A stretch of DNA of 44,253 nucleotides from Bacteroidales bacterium. GTDB lineage: Bacteria > Bacteroidota > Bacteroidia > Bacteroidales > 4484-276. A program made the translations under genes and the position numbers. Below, in pieces: positions 34,231 to 43,474 of this stretch. Location of the stretch: positions 1 to 44,253 of the forward strand of contig JAIOZV010000001.1 of the NCBI GenBank assembly GCA_021740425.1, given 5' to 3'. Within the stretch, counting starts at the first letter, position 1. Each line of letters opens with the position of its first letter. The notes under the pieces are model-generated. The model saw only the letters and a list, made by a program, of their open reading frames with translations, was not told where the DNA came from and ran no database searches.

Positions 34231-35787
34231 ATGGACAAAAAACCCGTAAAGCTGATAATAGTTGACGACAACGAGCTAAACTTAGAGCGCTTAAGGTTAT
34301 TGCTCAACGATCAGGATTATGACCTCACCACCATTAACGATGGCCGGCAGGCTTTGAAGCTTGCATCAAAAGAGTATTTCGACCTGATGCTCCTCGATGT
34401 AATTATGCCGGGCATGGATGGTTTTGAAGTGTGCTCAAAAATGAAAAAAAATTCTAAAACAGCACAAATCCCGGTCATTTTCCTAACCGGACAAACTGAT
34501 CCCAACAGCATACAAAAAGGATTTCAGGCCGGAGCTGTGGATTATGTAGCAAAACCATTCAACAAAACTGAACTTTTAGCCAGAGTAAAAAGTCATCTTG
34601 AATTAAAACAATCGCGCGAAGAACTTGAAATTGCAAAACAGGCTGCCGAAGATGCCCTAAAATACAAAAGCGAATTTTTGGCTAATATGAGTCACGAAAT
34701 CAGAACTCCCATCAATGGCATCATCGGAATGTCGGAATTTCTGGAAAACACAAAATTGGATCAAAAACAGGCCGAATATGTAAGGATTGTAAGATCATCG
34801 GCCAATTCGCTGCTCAATCTGATTAACGACATCCTGGATTTCTCAAAACTTGAAGCAGGTAAAATTGAACTCGAAAAACTTGATTTCGACCTCTATGAAC
34901 ACATCCAGGATACCGTAAAATCGATGATTTTTAAAGCTGATGAAAAAGGCCTGCAATTAAATTATGTCATTGCCTCGGATGTACCGCGAGCACTTAGTGG
35001 TGACCCTACAAGGCTAAGGCAGGTTTTACTCAACTTAATTTCAAATGCCCTTAAGTTTACCGAAAAAGGAGGTGTAACGGTAAAAACAACTCTTCTTGAA
35101 AAACGGGACAAGGAATCCATTGTAAAATTTGAGGTCATCGACACCGGTATCGGCATCAATGAAGAAGGCATGCAAAGGCTGTTCAAATCATTTTCGCAGG
35201 TTGATGCTTCCACAACCCGAAACTATGGTGGAACAGGGCTGGGTCTGGTAATTTCCAAAAGTCTGTCGGAAATGATGGGTGGTAGAATCAGTGTGGAAAG
35301 CCGGCTAAATGTGGGGTCAAATTTCTGGTTCACCGTTAAAATGGGGAACTCTGACATAAAACAAGTCGAAAGAATGAGTATTGTTGAAACCGAAACCGAA
35401 GACCATTCCATGAAAAAATTAAACATCCTGCTTGCCGAAGACAACCTGGTAAATCAAAAAGTAGCAAGCCTGCATCTCGAAAAACTTGGGCATACCGTTA
35501 AGCTTGCCAACAACGGCATATCCGCTTTTGAGGCCTATAAATCCGGTGACTTCGACCTGATATTTATGGATGTTCAAATGCCCGAAGCCGATGGCTACGA
35601 AGCCACAGGGCTTATCAGAAACCACGAAAAACAAAACAACATCGCACAGCGAATCCCGATTATTGCCATGACTGCAAACGCCATGAAAGGTGATAAGGAA
35701 AAATGCATCAATGCAGGAATGGATGACTACATTTCAAAGCCATTTACAGCCAAAGCACTCAAAGAAACATTAAGCAAATACGCCTAA
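34231..35787 (+). CDS. Hybrid histidine kinase: REC-coiled coil-HisKA-HATPase-REC
   Basis: REC1 IVDDNE..LLDVIMPGMDG..VAKPF. H-box KSEFLANMSHEIRTPINGI. N/G boxes NLISNALKFT, DTGIGI and GTGLGLVISK. REC2 LAEDN..FMDVQMPEADG..ISKPF. No TM and no Hpt domain. Confidence 0.9.
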   Translation: MDKKPVKLIIVDDNELNLERLRLLLNDQDYDLTTINDGRQALKLASKEYFDLMLLDVIMPGMDGFEVCSKMKKNSKTAQIPVIFLTGQTDPNSIQKGFQAGAVDYVAKPFNKTELLARVKSHLELKQSREELEIAKQAAEDALKYKSEFLANMSHEIRTPINGIIGMSEFLENTKLDQKQAEYVRIVRSSANSLLNLINDILDFSKLEAGKIELEKLDFDLYEHIQDTVKSMIFKADEKGLQLNYVIASDVPRALSGDPTRLRQVLLNLISNALKFTEKGGVTVKTTLLEKRDKESIVKFEVIDTGIGINEEGMQRLFKSFSQVDASTTRNYGGTGLGLVISKSLSEMMGGRISVESRLNVGSNFWFTVKMGNSDIKQVERMSIVETETEDHSMKKLNILLAEDNLVNQKVASLHLEKLGHTVKLANNGISAFEAYKSGDFDLIFMDVQMPEADGYEATGLIRNHEKQNNIAQRIPIIAMTANAMKGDKEKCINAGMDDYISKPFTAKALKETLSKYA

Positions 35788-35793
35788 GCAATT

Positions 35794-36690
35794 ATGAAAC
35801 CGTTATCAGATGAACAATTACTGTCAGAGTTAAAAAAGCGATTTGAAGAAAACCGTCAATCATACCAAAAATTGGAGGAACTAAACAATGAACTTTCAAA
35901 AGCCAACAAAAAGCTTATCGAATCGGAACAACTTAAATCAAATTTCCTTTCGAACGCCCGCAATGAAATCATCAATCCGCTGTCATCCATTTTAAGCCTT
36001 GCTCAGGCCATCGCCTTTTCGGAAAGTGATGATGCCGAACAAACAAAATCATTGGCAACCATTATTTACAACGAAGCATTTGATCTTAATTTTCAGATGA
36101 ATAATATTTTCGCATCAGCCGAGATAGAAGCCGGAGAAGCAATCTGCGAAAACTACACCATTGATTTGATTGATCTTATCGAAAAAATAATCGATAAATT
36201 CAAAACTTTTGCACTTGATAAAGGCCACAATCTTATTTTTCACAACACAATAAATAATAGCCATTGCTATATGAAAAGCGACCCGGCTAAAATTCAGATA
36301 ATCATCAGCAACCTTATTGTCAATGCAGTTAATTGGTCGGGAAATACCGAAATAGTTGAAATAAGCCTCAAAGAAGATGACTCAAAAAAAATAATCAGTG
36401 TTTCAGACAACGGACCGGGCATTGCCGAAGGTGACCAAAAAATTATTTTCGACAGGTTTAAATCGCTCGATCCCGCTGTTCACACAAAAAATAAAGGCCA
36501 CGGGCTTGGGCTTTCGATAGCCAGGGCACATGCTGAGCTGCTTGGTGGCGAAATTACAATTGAAAGTCAGCCCGGCCATGGCAGCACCTTCAGCCTGATA
36601 CTACCTAATTCTACCACTAATGAAGAAACTATGGGATTTTCGGAAAGCGGCCAGGATTTTATCTTTGACAACGACACAGAACTATTCTAA
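35794..36690 (+). CDS. Soluble HisKA/HATPase kinase paralogue lacking the phospho-acceptor histidine (H to N)
   Basis: The H-box-equivalent KSNFLSNARNEIINPLSSI has Asn57 (AAT at 35962-35964) where the neighbouring kinase has His. The N box NLIVNAVNWS, G1 SDNGPGI and G2 GHGLGLSIA look intact. N-terminal coiled coil only. Confidence 0.85.
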   Translation: MKPLSDEQLLSELKKRFEENRQSYQKLEELNNELSKANKKLIESEQLKSNFLSNARNEIINPLSSILSLAQAIAFSESDDAEQTKSLATIIYNEAFDLNFQMNNIFASAEIEAGEAICENYTIDLIDLIEKIIDKFKTFALDKGHNLIFHNTINNSHCYMKSDPAKIQIIISNLIVNAVNWSGNTEIVEISLKEDDSKKIISVSDNGPGIAEGDQKIIFDRFKSLDPAVHTKNKGHGLGLSIARAHAELLGGEITIESQPGHGSTFSLILPNSTTNEETMGFSESGQDFIFDNDTELF

Positions 36691-36696
36691 AACGGG

Positions 36697-37152
36697 ATGG
36701 AAGTAATCAACACCACATATATTTATTCATCGGGTTTAATTGTTTCATCTAAACCGCTTATTTTAAGCACGGTGCTGGGTTCGTGTATTTCGATCTGTTT
36801 ATGGGACATGAAAAACAAAATTGGGGGCATGAATCATTATATGCTGCCCTATTGGAATGGTTCAGGCCTGGCTTCCCCAAAATACGGTAACATTGCCATT
36901 CCTCAATTGTTAAAAAAAATGAAAGCCACACAACACGATCCTGGTAACATAATCGCAAAAGTTTTTGGAGGAGCCAGGATGCTGAAAGACCAGTCAGCAA
37001 TTTTTGACATTGGTCATAGAAATACTCAACTGGCTTACGAGATGTTAGCGGCTGAAAGCATAAAAATCATAGCAGAAAGTACGGGGGGTGAAAAGGGCAG
37101 AAAAATTTTTTTTAACACCGAAACAGGTGAGGTCTATCTGAAATTTCTCTAA
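36697..37152 (+). CDS. cheD: Chemoreceptor glutamine deamidase CheD
   Basis: VLGSCISICLWD (catalytic Cys), GGMNHYMLP, DIGHRN and TGGEKGRKIFF. Confidence 0.88.
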   Translation: MEVINTTYIYSSGLIVSSKPLILSTVLGSCISICLWDMKNKIGGMNHYMLPYWNGSGLASPKYGNIAIPQLLKKMKATQHDPGNIIAKVFGGARMLKDQSAIFDIGHRNTQLAYEMLAAESIKIIAESTGGEKGRKIFFNTETGEVYLKFL

Positions 37153-37173
37153 AAAATGAACAACGTATAATCA

Positions 37174-38244
37174 ATGGATATGAATAAAATTCGTGTATTA
37201 ATCGTAGATGATTCTGCTGTGGTAAGACAATCACTTGCAGGAATCCTTGAATCATCGGGAATAATCGAGGTCATGGGCACTGCCGCCGACCCATTCATTG
37301 CTGCAAAAAAAATCAGCAAGGAAGTTCCTGATGTAATTACACTTGATGTGGATATGCCTCGGATGGATGGGCTCACTTTCCTGAAACGAATTATGTCGCA
37401 GCACCCAATACCTGTTGTAATGATCTCCAGCCTGACCCACGAAGGATCCATCGAAGCACTCAAGGCCATGGATTATGGAGCCATCGAAATTATCTCAAAA
37501 CCAAACCTGGTAACGCGCGATTTCTTCGAAGAGGCCAGAATACAAATCATTGATGCGGTAAAAGCTGCCGCCATGTCGAAACTTACAAGACGAAAAATTA
37601 ATCCCGCTGCTATTTCGGTGCCTGAGAAACATAGTGCTGATGCGATTATTCCTACAAATTATCAGAAAAGCATTTCACCCCATACCGACAGAATTATTGC
37701 AGTTGGAGCCTCAACAGGTGGCACCGAAGCCATCAAAACCTTTCTTGAAGGCCTCCCCGAAAACAGCCCCGGAGTTGTGATTGTGCAACACATGCCCGAA
37801 ATTTTTACAAAAGCCTATGCAAACCGCCTCAACGGAATACTACCCCACGACATCAAAGAAGCTGAAAATGGAGATATTGTTACCAGAGGAAGGGTACTCA
37901 TCGCCCCCGGAAATCAGCACATGCTGCTCAAAAGACGTGGCAAAGAATACAGTGTGGAAGTTAAGGGAGGGCCGCTTGTAAATCGCCACAGGCCATCGGT
38001 CGATGTTCTTTTTCGTTCGGTTGCAAGAGCCGCAGGAAACAATGCAATAGGTGTTCTGCTTACCGGCATGGGCGACGACGGAGCAGCCGGATTGCTGGAA
38101 ATGAAAGAAACCAAAGCAAAAACCATTGTTCAGGACGAGGCAACATGCGTTGTGTTTGGCATGCCCAAGGAAGCTATAAAATTAGGAGCTGCCGACCATA
38201 TTTTACCCATACACATGATTGCCCGTGAAATCGGAAATTATTAG
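37174..38244 (+). CDS. cheB: Chemotaxis response regulator protein-glutamate methylesterase CheB
   Basis: [25 protein letters not shown]. Esterase triad context [14 protein letters not shown] and TGMGDDGA. Confidence 0.92.
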   Translation: MDMNKIRVLIVDDSAVVRQSLAGILESSGIIEVMGTAADPFIAAKKISKEVPDVITLDVDMPRMDGLTFLKRIMSQHPIPVVMISSLTHEGSIEALKAMDYGAIEIISKPNLVTRDFFEEARIQIIDAVKAAAMSKLTRRKINPAAISVPEKHSADAIIPTNYQKSISPHTDRIIAVGASTGGTEAIKTFLEGLPENSPGVVIVQHMPEIFTKAYANRLNGILPHDIKEAENGDIVTRGRVLIAPGNQHMLLKRRGKEYSVEVKGGPLVNRHRPSVDVLFRSVARAAGNNAIGVLLTGMGDDGAAGLLEMKETKAKTIVQDEATCVVFGMPKEAIKLGAADHILPIHMIAREIGNY

Positions 38245-38318
38245 ACCTGGATTTTGTGCCCGGGTCTGGTAAACCATTCATCAGATAAAGTGTTTACTTA
38301 CCATACGATTTTACATAA

Positions 38319-40286
38319 ATGAGCAAAGCATATATTTTCTTTCTATTGGTTTTATTCCCCTCTCAATTTGTGGCAGCACAAAATGAATTTGATCACCTCG
38401 ACAGTTTATTGACTCGCGCACAAGTGAAGCCTGATGACACAGCCCTGCTCAGGATAATCTCTCATGAAACCATCAACATTCCTGACACTCAACAGGACAC
38501 AGCATATTATTACGCTTCTGAACTTTACCGTTTGGCCGACAAGATAAATTACAGGTACGGAATCGCCGTAGCACTCAATTTTCAGGGCCGATTGCTCGAA
38601 CAACAGGATTTTAAACGATCTATCGAAAAATATGAGCAAAGCCTTGCCATTTCACAACTTGAAGGTTTTAAAAAACTCCAGTCGAAAACCCTGAATAATC
38701 TGAGTATTGTTTGTGCATTTATGGGCGAATACAACAAATCGATAGATTACCTCCTGCAGTTGCTCAAGCTGGCCGAAAGCATGAACGATAATATGCGAAA
38801 AGCTGTAGCGCTCAATAATATCGGGTTAAGATACCATGACATGGGCAACCCTGAATTGGCTTTGGGATATTACGATAAAGCCATGACGCTGAACCTTAAA
38901 ACCGGAGATTTGGATCGCTATGCTACAAACCTTTCCAATATCAGTAACGCCTACCAGGTATTATGGATCAATAATCCCGAAGCCGAATATTACTATGATT
39001 CAGCTCTTTTCTTTCAAATCAATGCCATAAAACTTCAACGAAAAAATGGAGACAACTACAAATTGCAATATGCATTTCAATCACTGGTTCATCTTTATTA
39101 TAATAAAGGCCTGAATGATAAGGCATGGATGGCGCTTGATTCAGCCATTTATTTTGCAAATCTTGCCGACGACAGCTATGGAATTATCAACCTGATGAGT
39201 GCTAAAGCTGATCTTCTTAATGATGAAGACCGCTTTACAGAGGCCGGCGAAATACTCAAAAATGCAATTGGCATGGCAAAGGAATTAAATTTCAGGAGCC
39301 TGCTTGTTGACCTCTACGAGGAAATGAGCGAAAGCTATCATGGCCGGAAAAACTATTTGAAAGCCTACGAGTACAACGAAAAATTTAAACAGTTGGAAGA
39401 TTCGCTGCAGAATATTGAAAAAAGTAAGGCCTTTGCCAAAATAAATAAATACGAAAAAGAAAAAGAACAACATCAACGGGAGATACAGGAACAAAAAATT
39501 GAAAATCAAAGACTGATTCGTAACTCGGTGATAATTGTCGGGGGATTGATCTTTTTGATGCTGCTTGGCCTTTGGCAAAGGTACAGATTCATACGGCGAA
39601 CAAAAGATGAACTGGAAGACAAAAACCGCATTATTGAAGTTGAAAAGGGGAAATCTGATAAGCTGCTATTAAATATTTTACCCGAAGAAACTGCCGGTGA
39701 GTTGAAGGCTTTTGGGAAATCCAAAGCCAAGTTGTTTGAAATGGTAACTGTTATGTTTGCTGATTTTAAAGGATTCACCATGATGGCCGAAAAAATGTCG
39801 CCCCAGGAATTGGTTGACGAAATTGATTTCTATTACCAAAAATTCGATGAAATTATCACCAACAACAACATCGAAAAAATCAAAACCATAGGTGATGCCT
39901 ATATGTGTGCAGGAGGCCTTCCGACGGCCAACACCACCAATCCCGAAGATGTGGTGATGGCTGCCTGCCAAATCAGGGATTTCATGCAAAAACAAAAACA
40001 GATAAAACTATCAGAGGGAAAACCATTTTTTGAAGCCCGTATCGGAATTCACACAGGACCAGTGGTTGCAGGCATTGTAGGCTCACGCAAATTTGCCTAC
40101 GACATCTGGGGCGACACTGTAAACATTGCCTCGCGAATGGAATCGAGCGGGGAAGTCGGGAAAATAAATGTATCAGAATTTACCTGCGCATATATCAAAG
40201 AAAAATTTATTACTACCCCGCGCGGAAAAATTAACACAAAAAACAAGGGCATGATGGAAATGTACTTTGTTGAATGCACGAAATGA
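38319..40286 (+). CDS. Signal peptide-TPR repeats-TM-class III adenylate cyclase
   Basis: Signal peptide MSKAYIFFLLVLFPSQFVAAQ, a ~370-aa TPR ectodomain, a coiled coil, and TM VIIVGGLIFLMLLGLW. The cyclase domain has FADFKGFT and KTIGDAYM (metal-binding Asp residues plus the specificity Lys), RIGIHTGPVVAGIVG and YDIWGDTVNIASRME (specificity Asp, Asn and Arg). Confidence 0.88.
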   Translation: MSKAYIFFLLVLFPSQFVAAQNEFDHLDSLLTRAQVKPDDTALLRIISHETINIPDTQQDTAYYYASELYRLADKINYRYGIAVALNFQGRLLEQQDFKRSIEKYEQSLAISQLEGFKKLQSKTLNNLSIVCAFMGEYNKSIDYLLQLLKLAESMNDNMRKAVALNNIGLRYHDMGNPELALGYYDKAMTLNLKTGDLDRYATNLSNISNAYQVLWINNPEAEYYYDSALFFQINAIKLQRKNGDNYKLQYAFQSLVHLYYNKGLNDKAWMALDSAIYFANLADDSYGIINLMSAKADLLNDEDRFTEAGEILKNAIGMAKELNFRSLLVDLYEEMSESYHGRKNYLKAYEYNEKFKQLEDSLQNIEKSKAFAKINKYEKEKEQHQREIQEQKIENQRLIRNSVIIVGGLIFLMLLGLWQRYRFIRRTKDELEDKNRIIEVEKGKSDKLLLNILPEETAGELKAFGKSKAKLFEMVTVMFADFKGFTMMAEKMSPQELVDEIDFYYQKFDEIITNNNIEKIKTIGDAYMCAGGLPTANTTNPEDVVMAACQIRDFMQKQKQIKLSEGKPFFEARIGIHTGPVVAGIVGSRKFAYDIWGDTVNIASRMESSGEVGKINVSEFTCAYIKEKFITTPRGKINTKNKGMMEMYFVECTK

Positions 40287-40333
40287 CAATGCCTTATCAT
40301 GATTTGCAAGAAAGCTGCCTGCTTATAATCCAC

Positions 40334-40370
40334 AAAAAAACCTCCGCCCGGGCTGCCCCAAACGAAGGTT
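40334..40370 (-). terminator. Terminator of sppA (possibly bidirectional, between convergent genes)
   Basis: The minus strand reads AACCTTCG-(16 nt, GC-rich)-CGGAGGTT (7 of 8 pairs), followed by TTTTTTTGTGG. On the plus strand the same hairpin is followed only by CTTT. Confidence 0.55.
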
Positions 40371-40395
40371 CTTTAGATTTCTGAATCTGCTTTTT

Positions 40396-42171
40396 CTAAT
40401 TGATATAAATATCGAAAGGTAAACGAGCCTGAACTCCTTTGGCATTCTGCCAGTATTTCATGTATTGGTATAAGCGGTAATTGTCGCCCAGCTCGGCTTT
40501 AATTTTTGCTTCTACACTGGCCTGTCCGAATATTTCATTAAAAATTTCTTCGATTGGGTCTTTTTGTTCGGGATATTCTTTGATCGACCAGGTATCCAGA
40601 GCGGCTTCTTCAACAGCAGCAGCAATGGCTTCATCCAGTCCTCCAAGTTCATCAATCAGGCCTATTTCTTTTGCATCACTGCCTACCCAAACCCGACCCT
40701 GTCCAATGGCATCAACTGCTTCATAAGTCATCTTGCGCCCTTCGGCCACATGATTCACAAAAGTTGCATAAATATCCTCGATGGACTCCATGATAACATC
40801 TTTCTGGTATTGCGTCAAGGGGCGGTTGGTGGTCATCATGCTGGCGTTTTCGTTGGTTCTTACATAATCGAAAGTTACCCCCAGCTTGTTTTTCATGGTT
40901 TGCTCAAGGTTTGGAACAAGGCCAAGAACACCAATCGACCCGGTGATGGTGGTGGGGTCAGCATAAATTTTATCAGCAGCACACGAAATATAATACCCTC
41001 CTGAAGCAGCCACATTTCCCATCGATACAATAAATGGTTTTTCGGCAGCAGCAAGTTTTACTTCACGCAAAATAATGTCGGAAGCCAGGGCACTCCCACC
41101 CGGAGAGTTTACACGCATCACGATGGCTTTCACTTTATCATCTTCGCGTGCCTGGCGGATAGCTTTTGAAATACGTGAAGAACCAATAATCTGGTCGCTG
41201 CCTTCACCTGTTATAATTTCACCAACAGCATAAACAACGGCAATGCGGTTTTTACGATCGGGAGTCAGTTCTGAAGGATCAGGGGCATTGGTATATTTTG
41301 CCAGCGAAACGGATTCGATATCTTCGCCTTCCTCAACGCCAAGTTTGGTTTTAAGATCGGCCAAAATTTCATCGTAGTATTTCAAGCCATCAACAAAGCC
41401 AAATTCAAGGGCATCATCTGCGGTATTTAAAGCCAGCTCATCAGCAAATTTGTTGAGATCATCAACCGGAATATTGCGCGAAGCAGATATTGCAGCAGTA
41501 ATTCTTACCCAAAGCCCATCAACGATGGCCATCATTTGTTCGCGGTTTTCCTCGCTCATTTTATCAAGCATGAAAGGCTCCACGGCACTTTTATATTTTC
41601 CGTGCCTGATAATTTGCATCTCGGCATCCAGCTTTTCGAGGGTTCCTTTAAAAAACATAAGTTCGGCCGAAAGTCCTCTGAAATCAACACCACCTTCGGG
41701 GTTAACATAAATTTCATCGGCTGTGGTGGCAAGATAATATGCTGCCTGAGAATAATAATCGCTGTAAGCAAAAATAAATTTACCTGATTCCTTAAAATCC
41801 GTCAGTGCTTTGCGGATTTCCTCGATGGTAGCCATTCCCGACTGGATGGAGGTAAGATTAAGATAAACTCCTTTGATTTTCGGATCGCGGGCAGCCTTAT
41901 CAAGGTTATCGAGGATATCGTTGAGGCCGATGGATTTTTTAGTTTCCATAGAGGCGAAATCAAAATCCGAAAACGGATCCGGTGAGGTGCGATCGATGAT
42001 AGCATTGGTAAAATCGATTTTTAGCAGGGTGTTTTCAGCTACTTCAGCTTCTTTTTGTTCCATCATATTGGCAACCGAAGTAATTATTCCAATAAAAATG
42101 AAAAAGAGAATTACCGACATAATTAATAACCCCAGCATGGAGGCAAACATAAATTTAAAAAAGTCTTTCAT
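40396..42171 (-). CDS. sppA: Signal peptide peptidase SppA, 67K type (tandem S49 domains)
   Basis: 591 aa. N-terminal TM, two ClpP/S49-like halves, VNSPGGSALASD and MGNVAASGGYYIS. Confidence 0.88.
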   Translation of the reverse strand: MKDFFKFMFASMLGLLIMSVILFFIFIGIITSVANMMEQKEAEVAENTLLKIDFTNAIIDRTSPDPFSDFDFASMETKKSIGLNDILDNLDKAARDPKIKGVYLNLTSIQSGMATIEEIRKALTDFKESGKFIFAYSDYYSQAAYYLATTADEIYVNPEGGVDFRGLSAELMFFKGTLEKLDAEMQIIRHGKYKSAVEPFMLDKMSEENREQMMAIVDGLWVRITAAISASRNIPVDDLNKFADELALNTADDALEFGFVDGLKYYDEILADLKTKLGVEEGEDIESVSLAKYTNAPDPSELTPDRKNRIAVVYAVGEIITGEGSDQIIGSSRISKAIRQAREDDKVKAIVMRVNSPGGSALASDIILREVKLAAAEKPFIVSMGNVAASGGYYISCAADKIYADPTTITGSIGVLGLVPNLEQTMKNKLGVTFDYVRTNENASMMTTNRPLTQYQKDVIMESIEDIYATFVNHVAEGRKMTYEAVDAIGQGRVWVGSDAKEIGLIDELGGLDEAIAAAVEEAALDTWSIKEYPEQKDPIEEIFNEIFGQASVEAKIKAELGDNYRLYQYMKYWQNAKGVQARLPFDIYIN

Positions 42172-42239
42172 AATGAACTGTTTTTTAGTGAGTACTCAGT
42201 ATTTCTGCAAAAATGCAAAATTTTTCCTTTAAGATGTTG

Positions 42240-42247
42240 TAATTTTG
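42240..42247 (+). promoter_or_regulatory. Candidate -7 promoter box (TAATTTTG) for folK
   Basis: Exact TAnnTTTG match, 25 nt upstream of the ATG at 42272. Confidence 0.35.
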
Positions 42248-42271
42248 ACACGACATTTTTAAACACACGAT

Positions 42272-42793
42272 ATGCATAAATGTTTTCTGTTGCTTGGCAG
42301 CAATACGGGAGAAAAAAGAAAAACCATCGAATCGGCTTTGAAGGCCATCGGCGGCACTGTTGGCGAGATAAAAAAAAAATCATCCTATTATCATTCACAA
42401 CCCTGGGGCTTCAACTCAGATGAAGATTTTCTAAATGTTGTTGTAATTGTTGAAACCGAAAAATCGCCCGATGAAATATTACAATTGATATTGGAAATTG
42501 AAACTGCACTTGGCAGGAAAAGAACCGGAAAACCAGGATACCAATCGAGGACTTTAGATATCGACATTTTGTTTTATAACGATGAAATCATTAACCGGGA
42601 AAATCTTTACATACCTCACCCCAGGATGCACCTGCGCAGGTTTACCCTGGAGCCCGTAAATGAGCTTGAGCCTGATTTTGTACATCCGGTTATCAAAAAA
42701 AGCATTGCCGAGTTGTTAATTATATGTCCTGATAAATTATTGGTTTCAAAAGATTCCTTTTTAAAAAACGAAAAACCATCCTTGTGTTTATGA
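42272..42793 (+). CDS. folK: 2-amino-4-hydroxy-6-hydroxymethyldihydropteridine diphosphokinase (HPPK)
   Basis: FLLLGSN, QPWGF, FLNVVV, RTLDIDIL and IPHPRMHLRRFTLEP are hallmark HPPK motifs. Confidence 0.88.
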   Translation: MHKCFLLLGSNTGEKRKTIESALKAIGGTVGEIKKKSSYYHSQPWGFNSDEDFLNVVVIVETEKSPDEILQLILEIETALGRKRTGKPGYQSRTLDIDILFYNDEIINRENLYIPHPRMHLRRFTLEPVNELEPDFVHPVIKKSIAELLIICPDKLLVSKDSFLKNEKPSLCL

Positions 42794-43431
42794 ATCTCAA
42801 TCATTACAATTTTATTTCGATAGAAGGAAATATTGGAGCAGGAAAAACTACCCTTGCCACAAAAATTGCTGGCGATTTCAATGCAAAATTGATTCTTGAG
42901 CAGTTTGAAGAAAATTCGTTTTTGCCAAAATTTTACAAGGAACCCGACAAATACGCTTTCCCGCTGGAACTTTCGTTTTTGGCAGAGCGTTACGAGCAAC
43001 TCAAACATCAGCTCACAAGCCGCGACTTGTTTAAAACCTTCACCATCTCTGATTATTTCATCAACAAGTCCTTCATCTTTGCCCGTAAAAATCTCCCGGA
43101 AGATACTTTTGGGCTGTATAAAAAACTTTTTGAAATCATCAGCGAATCGCTGCCCAAACCCGATCTGCTGGTTTACCTATACATGAATATCGACAATCTG
43201 ATCAGAAATATCCGCAACCGTGGCCGCGATTACGAGCAGGATATCAAACCTGAATATCTTTATAAAATACAGGAAAGTTATCTGGATTTTATCCGGCATA
43301 AACCGAACATGCGCATCCTGATTATCGATACCAACGAAATAGATTTTGTTAACAGGCCTGAGGATTATCAAACCATTCTGAAAATCTTAGCCCGCGAATA
43401 TCCATTGGGAATTCACCGGATTACCCCATAA
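42790..43431 (+). CDS. Deoxynucleoside kinase
   Basis: P-loop IEGNIGAGKTTLA, ELSFLAERY and NIRNRGRDYEQ (LID-like). The ATG at 42790 overlaps the folK stop (ATGA); a GTG lies at 42784. Confidence 0.85.
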   Translation: MNLNHYNFISIEGNIGAGKTTLATKIAGDFNAKLILEQFEENSFLPKFYKEPDKYAFPLELSFLAERYEQLKHQLTSRDLFKTFTISDYFINKSFIFARKNLPEDTFGLYKKLFEIISESLPKPDLLVYLYMNIDNLIRNIRNRGRDYEQDIKPEYLYKIQESYLDFIRHKPNMRILIIDTNEIDFVNRPEDYQTILKILAREYPLGIHRITP

Positions 43432-43459
43432 AAAAAGCCCTGCAATTGCAAGGCTTTTT
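43431..43459. terminator. Possible bidirectional terminator between the dNK and EF-G genes
   Basis: AAAAAAGCC(C)TGC-AATT-GCA(A)GGCTTTTT is a short interrupted stem flanked by an A-run and a T-run, so it could serve either strand. Confidence 0.45.
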
Positions 43460-43474
43460 ATATTGGTGGTTACT

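Noticed and set aside
38245-38318. Hairpin GACCTGG-N9-CCGGGTC after cheB as a terminator separating the cyclase gene
   Set aside because: It has only 7 pairs including a G-U and no following T-run, which is insufficient to call a terminator. The operon boundary is therefore left open.
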